Position numbers and translations under genes: made by a program. Positions 54,868 through 64,000 of a DNA stretch of 64,000 nt are shown one piece after another; within the stretch, counting starts at the first letter, position 1; each line of letters begins with the position of its first letter. Source of the DNA: Candidatus Helarchaeota archaeon (GTDB lineage: Archaea > Asgardarchaeota > Lokiarchaeia > Helarchaeales > RDOG01); NCBI GenBank assembly GCA_029838215.1, contig JALGVI010000003.1, positions 1 to 64,000 of the forward strand. The letters are read 5' to 3'. Under the pieces are notes generated by a model that was not told the DNA's origin, did not search any database, and saw only the letters and a list, made by a program, of their open reading frames with translations.

Positions 54868-55423
54868 GTTGCAAAAAGCGAAGAAATCTAAAAAATCATT
54901 TATATTAAATGCCACTCCTTTGATATTTCTTTCAAAAATTGGTTTTTCAAGCATTTTGAATGAATTCAAAGAAGAAAAGTTCACGACTCCGTTAGTTAAA
55001 GAAGAAGTCGTGACTAAAAGAAAGGAAATTGGTGTCCCGGATGCGGTTGTCATCGAAGCAATGATAAAAAATGGCATTTTGAAAGTTAGGACACCGACAC
55101 AAAATGATTTCATCAATGTATTAAGGCAAGTTCCAGAGCTCCACGAAGCAGAAATTCAAGTTCTTGCTTTAACAAAAGAAATTAATGGGATAGCGATCTT
55201 AGATGATACAGTCGCCAGACAAGCTGCCATTGTATTCGAAATTGAAGTTCATGGAACTGCATATTTACTTTTAAGACAATATTTCATGGGTTTTTTATCA
55301 AAAAAGCAAACAATCACTGCATTAAACAAGATGATTTCTGTTGGATGGTGGATTTCAGCTGGTGAATATGTGAAAATATTAGAAGAACTCGATGACGATG
55401 AATATATTCATAAAAATTTATAA
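54851..55423 (+). CDS. DUF3368 PIN-domain toxin
   Basis: ILNATPLIFL, LHEAEIQVL, ILDD..AR..A...GT; overlaps the antitoxin. Confidence 0.85.
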   Translation: MRQNRKLQKAKKSKKSFILNATPLIFLSKIGFSSILNEFKEEKFTTPLVKEEVVTKRKEIGVPDAVVIEAMIKNGILKVRTPTQNDFINVLRQVPELHEAEIQVLALTKEINGIAILDDTVARQAAIVFEIEVHGTAYLLLRQYFMGFLSKKQTITALNKMISVGWWISAGEYVKILEELDDDEYIHKNL

Positions 55424-55480
55424 ACTTGAGTCTTGAATTCAATTTAATTAATTCAAATAAAGCAAAAGAACTGATTTTTT

Positions 55481-56548
55481 ATGGTTAGAACCGGCGTTAT
55501 ATATGATGATTTATATCTAAACCACGAAACAGGTTCTCATGTTGAGAGTAAAGAGCGCTTGATTGAAACAAAGAAGTTGTTTGAAGAAAATAAAATCTTT
55601 CAAAAAGATGGAATTGTTCATGTCAAGCCCGATCCTGCACCATTAGACGTGATCAAGCTAGTTCATCACGATTATTATATCGAAAAAGTGAAGGATCGTT
55701 GTGAGGCTGGTGGAGGCTGGTTAGATGGCGATACAATCACGTCTCGAGATTCCTATGAAACTGCATTGTTTGCAGTTGGTGGACTTACAAAAGCTGCGGA
55801 CCTGATAATGTCAAAAGAAATTAATAATGCATTTGGGGCTGTGCGTCCTCCTGGGCATCATGCTGGGGAAGGTGCTGCACGAGGTTTTTGTCTCTTTAAC
55901 AATGTCGCAATTCTCGCCCGATATTTACTCAAGAGATATGATGAAATCCAGAAGGTTCTCATCGTTGATCATGATGTTCATGCGGGGAATGGAACCTCGT
56001 ATACTTTTTACAATCAGCCTGAAGTTCTCTTATTCAACTTGCATCAGCATCCCCAGACTTTATATCCCGGGACGTGCTATTTAGACGAAATCGGAGAAGA
56101 TAAAGGGAAAGGCTATAATGTCAACATGACAGTCATGCCTGGAACATCCGACATGGAATATATCAATCTAATTGAAGAATTGCTCATTCCTATTGCTTCT
56201 CAATTTGAACCTGATTTCGTGCTTGTTTCTGCAGGGTTTGATGCTCATCACAGCGATCCTTTAGCAAGCGTTAATCTCACATTAAATGGATTTAAAGAAA
56301 TTATCCAGCGCGTGAATGAAATTGCGAAAAAGCACTGTAACGGAAGACTGATGATCACGTTAGAAGGCGGCTATAATCTCAACGCGGTCTCGAAGGGCAT
56401 TCTAACAGAAGTTTGTGTATTAAACGGTCTGTCTGATTTTGAGTTTGATGACAAGAAAATCACGGCTTCTTCGCAAATTCAAAGTTATAATTTAAAACTA
56501 ATTCAAGAGGCAAAAGATCTCTTTAAACCCTTTTGGACTTTCAAATAA
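55481..56548 (+). CDS. Histone deacetylase-family (HDAC/AcuC) amidohydrolase
   Basis: RPPGHHA, GFCLFNN, DHDVHAGNGT, SAGFDAH, LEGGY. Confidence 0.93.
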   Translation: MVRTGVIYDDLYLNHETGSHVESKERLIETKKLFEENKIFQKDGIVHVKPDPAPLDVIKLVHHDYYIEKVKDRCEAGGGWLDGDTITSRDSYETALFAVGGLTKAADLIMSKEINNAFGAVRPPGHHAGEGAARGFCLFNNVAILARYLLKRYDEIQKVLIVDHDVHAGNGTSYTFYNQPEVLLFNLHQHPQTLYPGTCYLDEIGEDKGKGYNVNMTVMPGTSDMEYINLIEELLIPIASQFEPDFVLVSAGFDAHHSDPLASVNLTLNGFKEIIQRVNEIAKKHCNGRLMITLEGGYNLNAVSKGILTEVCVLNGLSDFEFDDKKITASSQIQSYNLKLIQEAKDLFKPFWTFK

Positions 56549-57710
56549 TATCTTTCTTTCTTTTTTCAAACAATTGCCTAATTATTCTTTTGCTTTCAAA
56601 TTGAAATGCTTTTAGAGTAGGTTTCGGGTCTGTCCACCACAAGTTCGATTTTGTTTTCGGATTTAAACAATCAAGCAAGACATCCCAGATTGCTTTTGGA
56701 TTGTCAATGACATGGATGGCTTCACCACTCAAAGGCCAATGATATCTTAAATTCACTCGATAGTCTTTTGAAAACGGTATATTTTTCCCCAAAGCATTAT
56801 TGACTGCAAGCACGGGAAAATTGACTCCACTTGCTATTGCCAACTCCAAAGATCCCCAAAATTTGGCATTTATTTCCATTAAATAAAGTTGCTTGGTCTT
56901 GAAATCACGCTTGAATTCCACCATTGCGATCCCGTCCCATTGTAATGCATCTAGGAGTTTTTTACCCGCTTCCATCAAATCTTCCTCATAGATGCTTTCT
57001 GCACAACAACTCGCGCCTCCTGATGCGGGAAATTCCCTAATCCTACGATGCATGAAAATGCGCTTGCATTTTCCTTTCTGATACAAAGCAAAGAAACCAC
57101 ATCCCTGTCCACTGACATATTGCTGAATGAGTGGAAAATGCGTGTTAAAACTCGGATCATTACCTATAGACTCTTCAAGACTCTTCAATAGGTGTTTTTT
57201 GGTCATTGCATAAATTGGCTTAGCTTTAAATAATTCATGCCTCCCTTTTACCACGAGTGGAAATTTAAATTCATCCAAGTGATCCTTTACTTCTTCAATT
57301 GATTTTAAATCCCATGTTTTCGGCGCAGTAATGCCTTGTCTGATTGCGAGTGAAATCGTAGCAGATTTGTCAAAGCATTTTTCTAACTTGCTTAAAGAGG
57401 GAAATGGTAACCGTGCATGTTTTTCAATTTCTTTTTTGTATTCGGCAAGAAAATAAACCGACCGTCCGCCAATGGGTAAAATTACTTCATAATCTGATCG
57501 TTCAAGGAATTTAAGAAAATTTTTCAAGTAATTCTCATTGAAAAAGGACTGATCATACGTGATTTTTGAAAAGAAACGTGAGAATCTCGTCAGGCTGTTT
57601 TTAAAACCAATGCCATCGACTTGGAACCCTGCTTTATTTAATGCACGTGCTGCTCCTAAAGCGTGCTTATAATTTGCATCCGTGATCAATACTTTTTTTC
57701 GTGTTGTCAT
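56541..57710 (-). CDS. ATP-grasp carboxylate-amine ligase-like protein
   Basis: FPLVVK, IQQYVSG, HRRIRE.P..GG, AMVEFK, EINAKFWGS. Confidence 0.85.
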   Translation of the reverse strand: MTTRKKVLITDANYKHALGAARALNKAGFQVDGIGFKNSLTRFSRFFSKITYDQSFFNENYLKNFLKFLERSDYEVILPIGGRSVYFLAEYKKEIEKHARLPFPSLSKLEKCFDKSATISLAIRQGITAPKTWDLKSIEEVKDHLDEFKFPLVVKGRHELFKAKPIYAMTKKHLLKSLEESIGNDPSFNTHFPLIQQYVSGQGCGFFALYQKGKCKRIFMHRRIREFPASGGASCCAESIYEEDLMEAGKKLLDALQWDGIAMVEFKRDFKTKQLYLMEINAKFWGSLELAIASGVNFPVLAVNNALGKNIPFSKDYRVNLRYHWPLSGEAIHVIDNPKAIWDVLLDCLNPKTKSNLWWTDPKPTLKAFQFESKRIIRQLFEKRKKDII

Positions 57711-57713
57711 TTT

Positions 57714-58232
57714 TTAACTCATCATTTTTAATAGATGGCCCGCTTCCTTGAGTATGATCTGTTCAAGAGCCAGCTTTACGGCATTTGGTGATCCCGGCAG
57801 GCAAAAAATTACCTTTCCCTTGTACGTGCCTGCAAGTGCCCTTGAAAGCATGCTGGCAGTTCCAATTTCTTTATAGCTCAGGTAACGAAAGAGCTCTCCA
57901 AATCCATTAATTTCCTTCTCAAGAAATGGTCGAATGGATTCAATGGTAACATCTCGCGGGTTAATTCCTGTTCCTCCTGAAAAAATTAGAATTTCTATCG
58001 TATTCATTAAGGGATTTTGAAGTATCTTTTTTATTTTTTCTTTTTCATCAGGAACAATTTCGAACCATGCAAGTTCTTGCTTATCTTCCTCCAGAATTTG
58101 CCGAACTTTTGGAATAGTTTCATCCGTAAGTTGTTTTCCCTGTTTCAATTCAAGATAACGAGAGTCACTTACTATGACCAAGCCATATCTAATGGTCTTC
58201 TTCACATTCTTTTTATGTTTCAAGTGAACCAT
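57714..58232 (-). CDS. moaB: Molybdenum cofactor biosynthesis protein B (MoaB/MogA)
   Basis: VSDSR, VPDE, SGGTGI.PRDVT.E, GFGELFR, LPGSPNAV. Confidence 0.92.
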   Translation of the reverse strand: MVHLKHKKNVKKTIRYGLVIVSDSRYLELKQGKQLTDETIPKVRQILEEDKQELAWFEIVPDEKEKIKKILQNPLMNTIEILIFSGGTGINPRDVTIESIRPFLEKEINGFGELFRYLSYKEIGTASMLSRALAGTYKGKVIFCLPGSPNAVKLALEQIILKEAGHLLKMMS

Positions 58233-58253
58233 TTCGTGCTACTCCGGTTCTTT

Positions 58254-58706
58254 TTAAAGATCCTGCTTGATTTTTTCAATAACCAAGATGTCCGAAATTT
58301 TGGTATTGGGATATTGTCCATTTTCGTCCTTTTCTAAATATTTTGTCATGTCCCAAATCGTTAGGAGCGCGATCTCTACTCCCATGAGAGCCTCTAATTC
58401 AACTCCTGTCTTGGCAATTGCTTTTACTTCTACAAAAACATTGATGAATTTCTCTTCAATTTCGAAAGAAACATCCACGCTCATGATTGGAATTGGATGT
58501 GCTAAAAAAATAAATGCAGGAGTCTGCTTAACTGCATTCACGGCAGCCAATTCTGCATTCGCCAACACGTCCCCTTTTTTGATTTTATTTTCTTTTATGG
58601 TATTTATTGTCTCTTTCTCTAGAAATATTGTGCCTCTTGCCCGAGCCACTCTTAAAATGTCTTTTTTTTCCGAAATATCAATCATTGAAGTCCGTGACGT
58701 GCGCAT
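58254..58706 (-). CDS. moaC: Cyclic pyranopterin monophosphate synthase
   Basis: MIDISEK...[29 protein letters not shown]. Confidence 0.92.
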   Translation of the reverse strand: MRTSRTSMIDISEKKDILRVARARGTIFLEKETINTIKENKIKKGDVLANAELAAVNAVKQTPAFIFLAHPIPIMSVDVSFEIEEKFINVFVEVKAIAKTGVELEALMGVEIALLTIWDMTKYLEKDENGQYPNTKISDILVIEKIKQDL

Positions 58707-58798
58707 GTTTTCCGACCTTTTTTTTCAAATTCTGTTTCCAAAATACATTTTTATAATATCTATTTCTTAATAAACCAAGTTAAATATAATGCTTCGAT

Positions 58799-60592
58799 TT
58801 GTCATGGATCTTTTCGGGGGTTCGAACCCAATTGCAGAAAGTGGCGACGCCGGAAGAAGATAAAGGAAAAGTGATTTTAAAAGTTGCAGCATATGCGAAA
58901 ATAGTTCTTCATTGCTCTCGTTTTGCAAATGCAAAAATACCGAAGGGAAAATGGAAAGAAGTCTATGGATTTCTAGTTGGTACCATCAATGGCGATGATG
59001 TTATTGTCAATGATGCAGTTCCAATGACTCACGGTGGTTCTACTGAAGTAGAGTTTGAAGAAAAGCATTACATTGAAGCTGCCGAATTGGATGCACGATT
59101 AGCCGAAACCGGAAACGATTTTATAGTCGGTTGGTATCACAGTCATCCCGGATTAGACGTATTTTTCTCATGGATAGATGTTCGAAACCACATGGGATTT
59201 CAAGGACCTAATCCTAAAAGTATTGGACTCGTGTTTGATCATACGAAGCTATCCAATCCCGGCGACTTGGGGTTCGAAATATATCGAATCAAGGAAATAT
59301 CTCCTGATTCGGGTTACTATGAAGTGAAGTGGGTAATTCCTGACATGAGCGAGGAAGTGTTTGCTAAGACTTTATTTAATCTTTCCACGCGCTCAACTGA
59401 ACAAAAACCTTTAATTGAAGAATATGGTGAAGATGAAGCAATGGAACTTGTTCCGCTCACACCAGTTCAAACTAAAATAAGTCTGATCGAGCCATCGCAA
59501 CAAATGGAACTTGCTCCTCAAACAAAAGAAACTGAAAAGGCAATTGAGAAGCTCGAAAAAGCTCTTGAATTCAGTAGGAATGAAAAATACGAAAAAGCCG
59601 TGGATCTAGCCATAAGTGCTGTACGGGATTTTGAAAAATTAAATGATATCGGACGTGCTACTGACGCATATGTTCAGATAGGCGGTATTTTTCTAGATTA
59701 TTATGAAAAAAACAAGCAAATTAGAACCGATATTTTCAGTCATAAGCGTGCTCCAACCATCTCTGATGCCGATTCAATGATCAATTTTGCCAAACTGCTT
59801 AACATCACGTCGAAACAGATTGACTTCAATAAAACTGGACTGGAAAATGAAATTAAAGGTGTTTCTGGAGAAATGGTCAGGGTTCTCGATGTCAGGATTC
59901 AAATTGCAAATATTTTAATTGAAGCATCATCTGTTTGCCAAATTTTATCCCGAAATGCGAGAGATAATCGCGATTTAGACGGACAGGTAACCTATCTTAC
60001 AAAAGCGAACAATGCCTTGAGTACAGCACTCATATTTTTAAGGGCAGTTGAAGACCAAAAGGATCTCGTTGAAAGAATTTTTGATTTGGATAAATTAACG
60101 AGTGATATAAGCCAAGCGCAAGCACGCATCCAAGAGTTACACGGATTAAAACAATTCCTTAATGTTAAACACATCGAAGCGGCTAATTTGTTCGCTGGTG
60201 CAGCACGGATTGCTGAAGATGGCTCAAATGCAATCAAGACCGAAAAATTCCAAAAATTATTGCTCGCCTACTCTAAAACACTTCAAGGCAGAGCATATCA
60301 CATGGTTGCTGAAAATGAAAAATACCTAAAAAGAAACATCTGTAAATCCGTCGGCTACTATCGATTGGCTCAAAATTTCTTTGAGGATGCAAGGACGCTA
60401 TATCCTCCCTGGGCAAAGAGCGATATCGATAAAAACCAGGGCTTCTTTAATGAAGTTGAACATCAAATTCAAATAGGATATAAAAAATGCCTTGAAAGTG
60501 GAAAAACTCCCATGGAATTTCCACTGTCAAAAGAGATTGAAATTCCTGGCAAGATTATTTTATCGCAACCGGAACCCTTATTCTTTCCCTAA
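58799..60592 (+). CDS. JAMM/MPN+ metalloprotease (Rpn11/CSN5-like) fused to a long helical-repeat domain
   Basis: EVYGFLVG and GWYHSHPGLDVFFSWID (intact E/H/H/S/D), followed by about 380 aa of TPR/SNAP-like helices. Confidence 0.85.
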   Translation: MSWIFSGVRTQLQKVATPEEDKGKVILKVAAYAKIVLHCSRFANAKIPKGKWKEVYGFLVGTINGDDVIVNDAVPMTHGGSTEVEFEEKHYIEAAELDARLAETGNDFIVGWYHSHPGLDVFFSWIDVRNHMGFQGPNPKSIGLVFDHTKLSNPGDLGFEIYRIKEISPDSGYYEVKWVIPDMSEEVFAKTLFNLSTRSTEQKPLIEEYGEDEAMELVPLTPVQTKISLIEPSQQMELAPQTKETEKAIEKLEKALEFSRNEKYEKAVDLAISAVRDFEKLNDIGRATDAYVQIGGIFLDYYEKNKQIRTDIFSHKRAPTISDADSMINFAKLLNITSKQIDFNKTGLENEIKGVSGEMVRVLDVRIQIANILIEASSVCQILSRNARDNRDLDGQVTYLTKANNALSTALIFLRAVEDQKDLVERIFDLDKLTSDISQAQARIQELHGLKQFLNVKHIEAANLFAGAARIAEDGSNAIKTEKFQKLLLAYSKTLQGRAYHMVAENEKYLKRNICKSVGYYRLAQNFFEDARTLYPPWAKSDIDKNQGFFNEVEHQIQIGYKKCLESGKTPMEFPLSKEIEIPGKIILSQPEPLFFP

Positions 60593-61168
60593 AGGGAAAT
60601 CGTATAACGTGGTGTAAATTGGACCTGCTCTTGTCAATTGACTTTTTTTTAATTGAAAGCTATTGACTTGCATGGTTCCGACTTCTTCAGAGTGTTTTTG
60701 ATGCTCCATTAATTTCGTAATCAGGGCATTGCGATTCCGTCCGCTTCTTACCCTTCCAATGGTTAAATGGGCTTGAAAACGCTTTTCTCTTTTTATCCCA
60801 TACCGTGAAACCGTAGAATCTATTTGTTTCGAGAGATCCATGACTTCATTTTTTCCTTTATCAATACCGATCCAAATTACCTTCGGAAATGCGGGTTTTG
60901 GAAAAGATCCAACACTTTTAAATTCTATTTCAAACGGTTTGATGGATATTTTCTTTACATCTTCAATGATGTCCTGTAATACTCTTTCTTCGACATCCCC
61001 TAAAAATTTAAGAGTTATGTGAATGTTTTTGATTTCAACATATTTAACGTGGGCATTGGTTACTCGAAACTCCTCTTGGATTTTACCAATGTTTGACAAT
61101 ATGTTTTCATCAATAACTTCTATGGCAAAAAAACTTCTCAACAATACCAATTTATCACGCTCTTCCAT
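60578..61168 (-). CDS. thpR: RNA 2',3'-cyclic phosphodiesterase (2H family)
   Basis: RSFFAI, HITLKFLG, HLTIGR, GPIY. Confidence 0.92.
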   Translation of the reverse strand: MEERDKLVLLRSFFAIEVIDENILSNIGKIQEEFRVTNAHVKYVEIKNIHITLKFLGDVEERVLQDIIEDVKKISIKPFEIEFKSVGSFPKPAFPKVIWIGIDKGKNEVMDLSKQIDSTVSRYGIKREKRFQAHLTIGRVRSGRNRNALITKLMEHQKHSEEVGTMQVNSFQLKKSQLTRAGPIYTTLYDFPLGKE

Positions 61169-61406
61169 AATTTCGTTTTTGACTGATTTTTTTTATCTTT
61201 ATCGTGCAGGATGCTTGTAAATTTTTGTTAACTCTTACTAAAATCATATCTTGACGCAATGAAAATAAATTAAAATATCAAACTAGAGCTAGTTCTTAAC
61301 AGAAATTCGCACATTAGGGATATAAAACTATATAATAAAATGGTATGAAGTTGATCCTCGAAGCAAAACACCAAACATCTAACACGAATGGACAGCAGGT
61401 TATTAT

Positions 61407-62522
61407 TTGACTGGAAAAAAACGAAAAATTCGAGAAATTTCAATTAAACGCGATGATATTAGTGTAGGATATTCGAAAATATCTGAAAGTCCTGGTGTCG
61501 ATGAGGTAGTCATAAAACCCATTGGCTTCCCTTTGATTGCTCTAGGGGAAGAAAGACAATTCATACGAACTGATAATCCAAAACTCTTTAATTCGTATGC
61601 TATTGCTCAGTGGAGTGGAACTTACGTCACGGAAGGCACGTATATTTTTGATCAATTTCTATTTCCTGATTTTGCATTTGAGATAATTTCTGTCAAGCCT
61701 GGACCGGGTAAAATTACATCTGGCACTTCTATTGTGCTTCAGTCAAAGGAAAAGCTCATTCGCAAGGAATTTCCTAATGTTAGCTTTGACGATATCATCG
61801 GTAATCATGAAGCAAAGAGAAAATGTCAAATTATAATGAAGTACTTACAAGATCCTGACCGATTTGGAGAATGGATTCCGAAAAATGTCCTATTTTATGG
61901 ACACTCCGGAACAGGAAAAACCATGACTGCAAAGGCTCTTGCAAATGCAACTAACGTTCCGATATTCCTGATGAGAGCAACGGATTTAATCGGTTTACAT
62001 GTTGGAGATGGCGCACGAAAGGTACATAACTTATATAGTGAAGCTTCAGAATCCAGTCCTTGCATCATTTTTATTGACGAATTGGATGCGATAGGTTTAG
62101 ATCGAAAATACCAATCCATTCGTGGTGACGTGGCTGAAGTCGTGAATGCCCTTTTATCAGAAATGGATGGAATTACTAACCAATCAGGAATAGTTACAAT
62201 AGGTGCCACCAATACACCTGCTTTACTTGATGATAGCATTAAAAACCGATTTGAATCTTTGATAGAATTCAAGATCTTTGATGACAATGAGCGATATGAG
62301 TTCCTTGAAAAGTATTCAAGGCGACTTCCCATGCCATTCAAAATGGACTTGCATCGCTTGACGAACATGACAAAGAATTTATCCGGACGAGAATTAAAAG
62401 AAAAAATTCTTAAGAATGCATTACATCTTGCCATCCTTGAAGATAAGGATGAAATCAATGAGGAAATCATCCAGAAGGTCATTATTCACGTGAAAACCTC
62501 AAAAAATCCAATGTTCACGTGA
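61407..62522 (+). CDS. Archaeal AAA+ ATPase (COG1223-type)
   Basis: DDIIG...AKRKC, WIPKNVLFYGHSGTGKT, LIGLHVGDG, FIDELD, GATN. Confidence 0.9.
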   Translation: MTGKKRKIREISIKRDDISVGYSKISESPGVDEVVIKPIGFPLIALGEERQFIRTDNPKLFNSYAIAQWSGTYVTEGTYIFDQFLFPDFAFEIISVKPGPGKITSGTSIVLQSKEKLIRKEFPNVSFDDIIGNHEAKRKCQIIMKYLQDPDRFGEWIPKNVLFYGHSGTGKTMTAKALANATNVPIFLMRATDLIGLHVGDGARKVHNLYSEASESSPCIIFIDELDAIGLDRKYQSIRGDVAEVVNALLSEMDGITNQSGIVTIGATNTPALLDDSIKNRFESLIEFKIFDDNERYEFLEKYSRRLPMPFKMDLHRLTNMTKNLSGRELKEKILKNALHLAILEDKDEINEEIIQKVIIHVKTSKNPMFT

Positions 62523-62566
62523 ATTTTTAGCACGGTTCTTTTTTTAATTCAAGGAAGAATTTATAC

Positions 62567-63109
62567 ATGAAACCTGAAATGAAAATATTCACGTTAGTTG
62601 GTATGCCCGGTGCAGGTAAGTCTGAAGCCACGAAATTAATCGAAGATCTCGGCATTCCCGTCATCATTATGGGTGATGTAATTCGTGAAGAGATGCGCCG
62701 TAACGGCATCGAACTCACGCGTGAAAATATGGGAAAATTCACACGAGAAATTCGTGAGCACTTAGGATGGGACATTGTTGCTAAAAAATGCGTGGAAAAG
62801 ATCAAAAATATCGAAGCAGATATTCTTATCATTGATGGAGTACGAAATCCTGAAGAAATCGAATATTTCAAAAACAATTTAGAAAAATTTAAGGTAATAT
62901 ATGTCAAAGCCTCTCCCGAAACACGATTCCAACGCTTGCGTGCACGTGGTCGTGTTGATGATCCATTCACATTTGATGATTTCAAGAAAAGAGATGAACG
63001 TGAATTATCATTCGGCATAAAGAAGATCATGGATCAAGCCGATTATACAATCGACAATGAGCATGATAGAGAACATTTAAAAGCTCAGATTCTGAAAATT
63101 ATCTCATGA
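62567..63109 (+). CDS. P-loop kinase, dephospho-CoA kinase (COG0237)-like
   Basis: VGMPGAGKS, MGDVIREE, IDGVR..EE, RF.RL..RGR.DD. Confidence 0.8.
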   Translation: MKPEMKIFTLVGMPGAGKSEATKLIEDLGIPVIIMGDVIREEMRRNGIELTRENMGKFTREIREHLGWDIVAKKCVEKIKNIEADILIIDGVRNPEEIEYFKNNLEKFKVIYVKASPETRFQRLRARGRVDDPFTFDDFKKRDERELSFGIKKIMDQADYTIDNEHDREHLKAQILKIIS

Positions 63110-64000
63110 ACCTATTTTTTATAATCCTAGATGGTTGCTCCCATAAAGCATTACAGCTGGCTTCCACGCCATTTCTTGATAATATCTCAAGCTTTACAGT
63201 AATGGCTAATGCCGTGCTACCAACGGCTACTTATACGGGTCACTCTTCGATAATGACGGGAACCCCACCAAACACTCACGGCATCATTGGAAATGTTTTT
63301 TTAGATCGAACTGAAAACCGAATCAAAGATTTCGATGATCATGACGTGAACGAATACTTGCTTTGTCCAACGGCTTTCGAGCATTTGGGTGCTTTGCCGG
63401 GTGCCGCAATTTGCGAGCCAGTAACTCGTGGAGCAAAATACATCAAGGCAATGAATGAGATTAATCAACAGCCCGGAGAAATGAGGGATGAAATCGTATT
63501 TAAAGACTTACTGCATGCCTTAAAAAAACCTGCCTTAAAACTCTTTGTCGCCAACTTTTCTGGAATTGACTACATGGGGGAAAATTACGGTGAACGGAGT
63601 TCACGATATCTTGAAGAGATATCAATAGTCGATGATTATCTTAAAGAGATATATAAAAGAAGTAATGAAAATAGCCTTTTTCTAATCACGGCAGATCACG
63701 GCATGACAAGTGCCCGAGAAAATTTGGACTTACAGTCTCTATTTTTAAACGAAGGAATTAAAGACGTGATTTGCTTGGCCACACATCGAGCCTCTCATGT
63801 TTATGCAAGAGAAAGAGATCTTGAACGAATGACACGGATTCTTGCAAAGAACGAAAAAATTGATGTAATCTTGAGCAAGGAAGAAATTTCGGCACGCAAT
63901 CTAAACCATGAACGATGTGGTGATATCGTGGTTTTTGCCAAGAAAGGATATGAATTAAGTAATCATGAAATGGTAGGAAGCCATGGTGGGTTGGACAATC
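63106..64000 (+). CDS. 3'-truncated alkaline phosphatase/nucleotide pyrophosphatase-family protein
   Basis: MNLFFIILDG..., PTATYTGHSSIMTG..P..HGIIGN, D..G, ADHGM, GSHGG. Open to the window end, so it is absent from the ORF track. Confidence 0.88.
   Translation, partial: MNLFFIILDGCSHKALQLASTPFLDNISSFTVMANAVLPTATYTGHSSIMTGTPPNTHGIIGNVFLDRTENRIKDFDDHDVNEYLLCPTAFEHLGALPGAAICEPVTRGAKYIKAMNEINQQPGEMRDEIVFKDLLHALKKPALKLFVANFSGIDYMGENYGERSSRYLEEISIVDDYLKEIYKRSNENSLFLITADHGMTSARENLDLQSLFLNEGIKDVICLATHRASHVYARERDLERMTRILAKNEKIDVILSKEEISARNLNHERCGDIVVFAKKGYELSNHEMVGSHGGLDN

Noticed and set aside
1-64000. CRISPR array, cas genes, transposases, prophage or rRNA
   Set aside because: I saw no regularly spaced repeats and no recognisable genes of these classes on either strand.

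Overview
AT-rich archaeal chromosome segment that is very likely from an Asgard archaeon. It carries DP2 of DNA polymerase D, rpoF, eL21/eL38/eL40/uS7, Elf1, Sec61beta, Hef and AlaRS/LeuRS, together with eukaryotic-signature genes; I cannot resolve the lineage below Asgard from the sequence alone. The centrepiece (18.1-26.8 kb) is a ubiquitin operon (RING E3 - Ub with a C-terminal propeptide - E2 - E1) next to vps4-vps25 and two ESCRT-III genes. An atypical M28 peptidase and an MNT-HEPN toxin-antitoxin module, bracketed by a decayed duplicate of the peptidase 5' end, interrupt this locus. The most unusual items are elsewhere: (i) a long coiled-coil protein with two PAN/Rpt-like OB folds, a zinc ribbon and no ATPase domain; (ii) a type I membrane protein with an extracellular GIFT-like domain and a cytoplasmic tail resembling the Vps4 MIT domain; (iii) a soluble IFT52-like GIFT protein convergent with a roadblock/LC7 gene; (iv) a JAMM/MPN+ protease fused to about 380 aa of helical repeats; (v) a tandem Bet3/TRAPP-like V4R pair; (vi) a longin/roadblock-like plus winged-helix protein; (vii) an acetate-CoA ligase alpha paralogue lacking the phospho-His loop; and (viii) structured 5' leaders in front of rpl21e and rps7. 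Two tRNAs (Val-CAC, Arg-TCT), an rpl40e gene missed by the ORF track, and one intact plus one decayed UPF0175/DUF3368 TA pair are also present. I found no CRISPR array, integrase, transposase or prophage. All family calls come from motif recognition by eye; no database searches were run.
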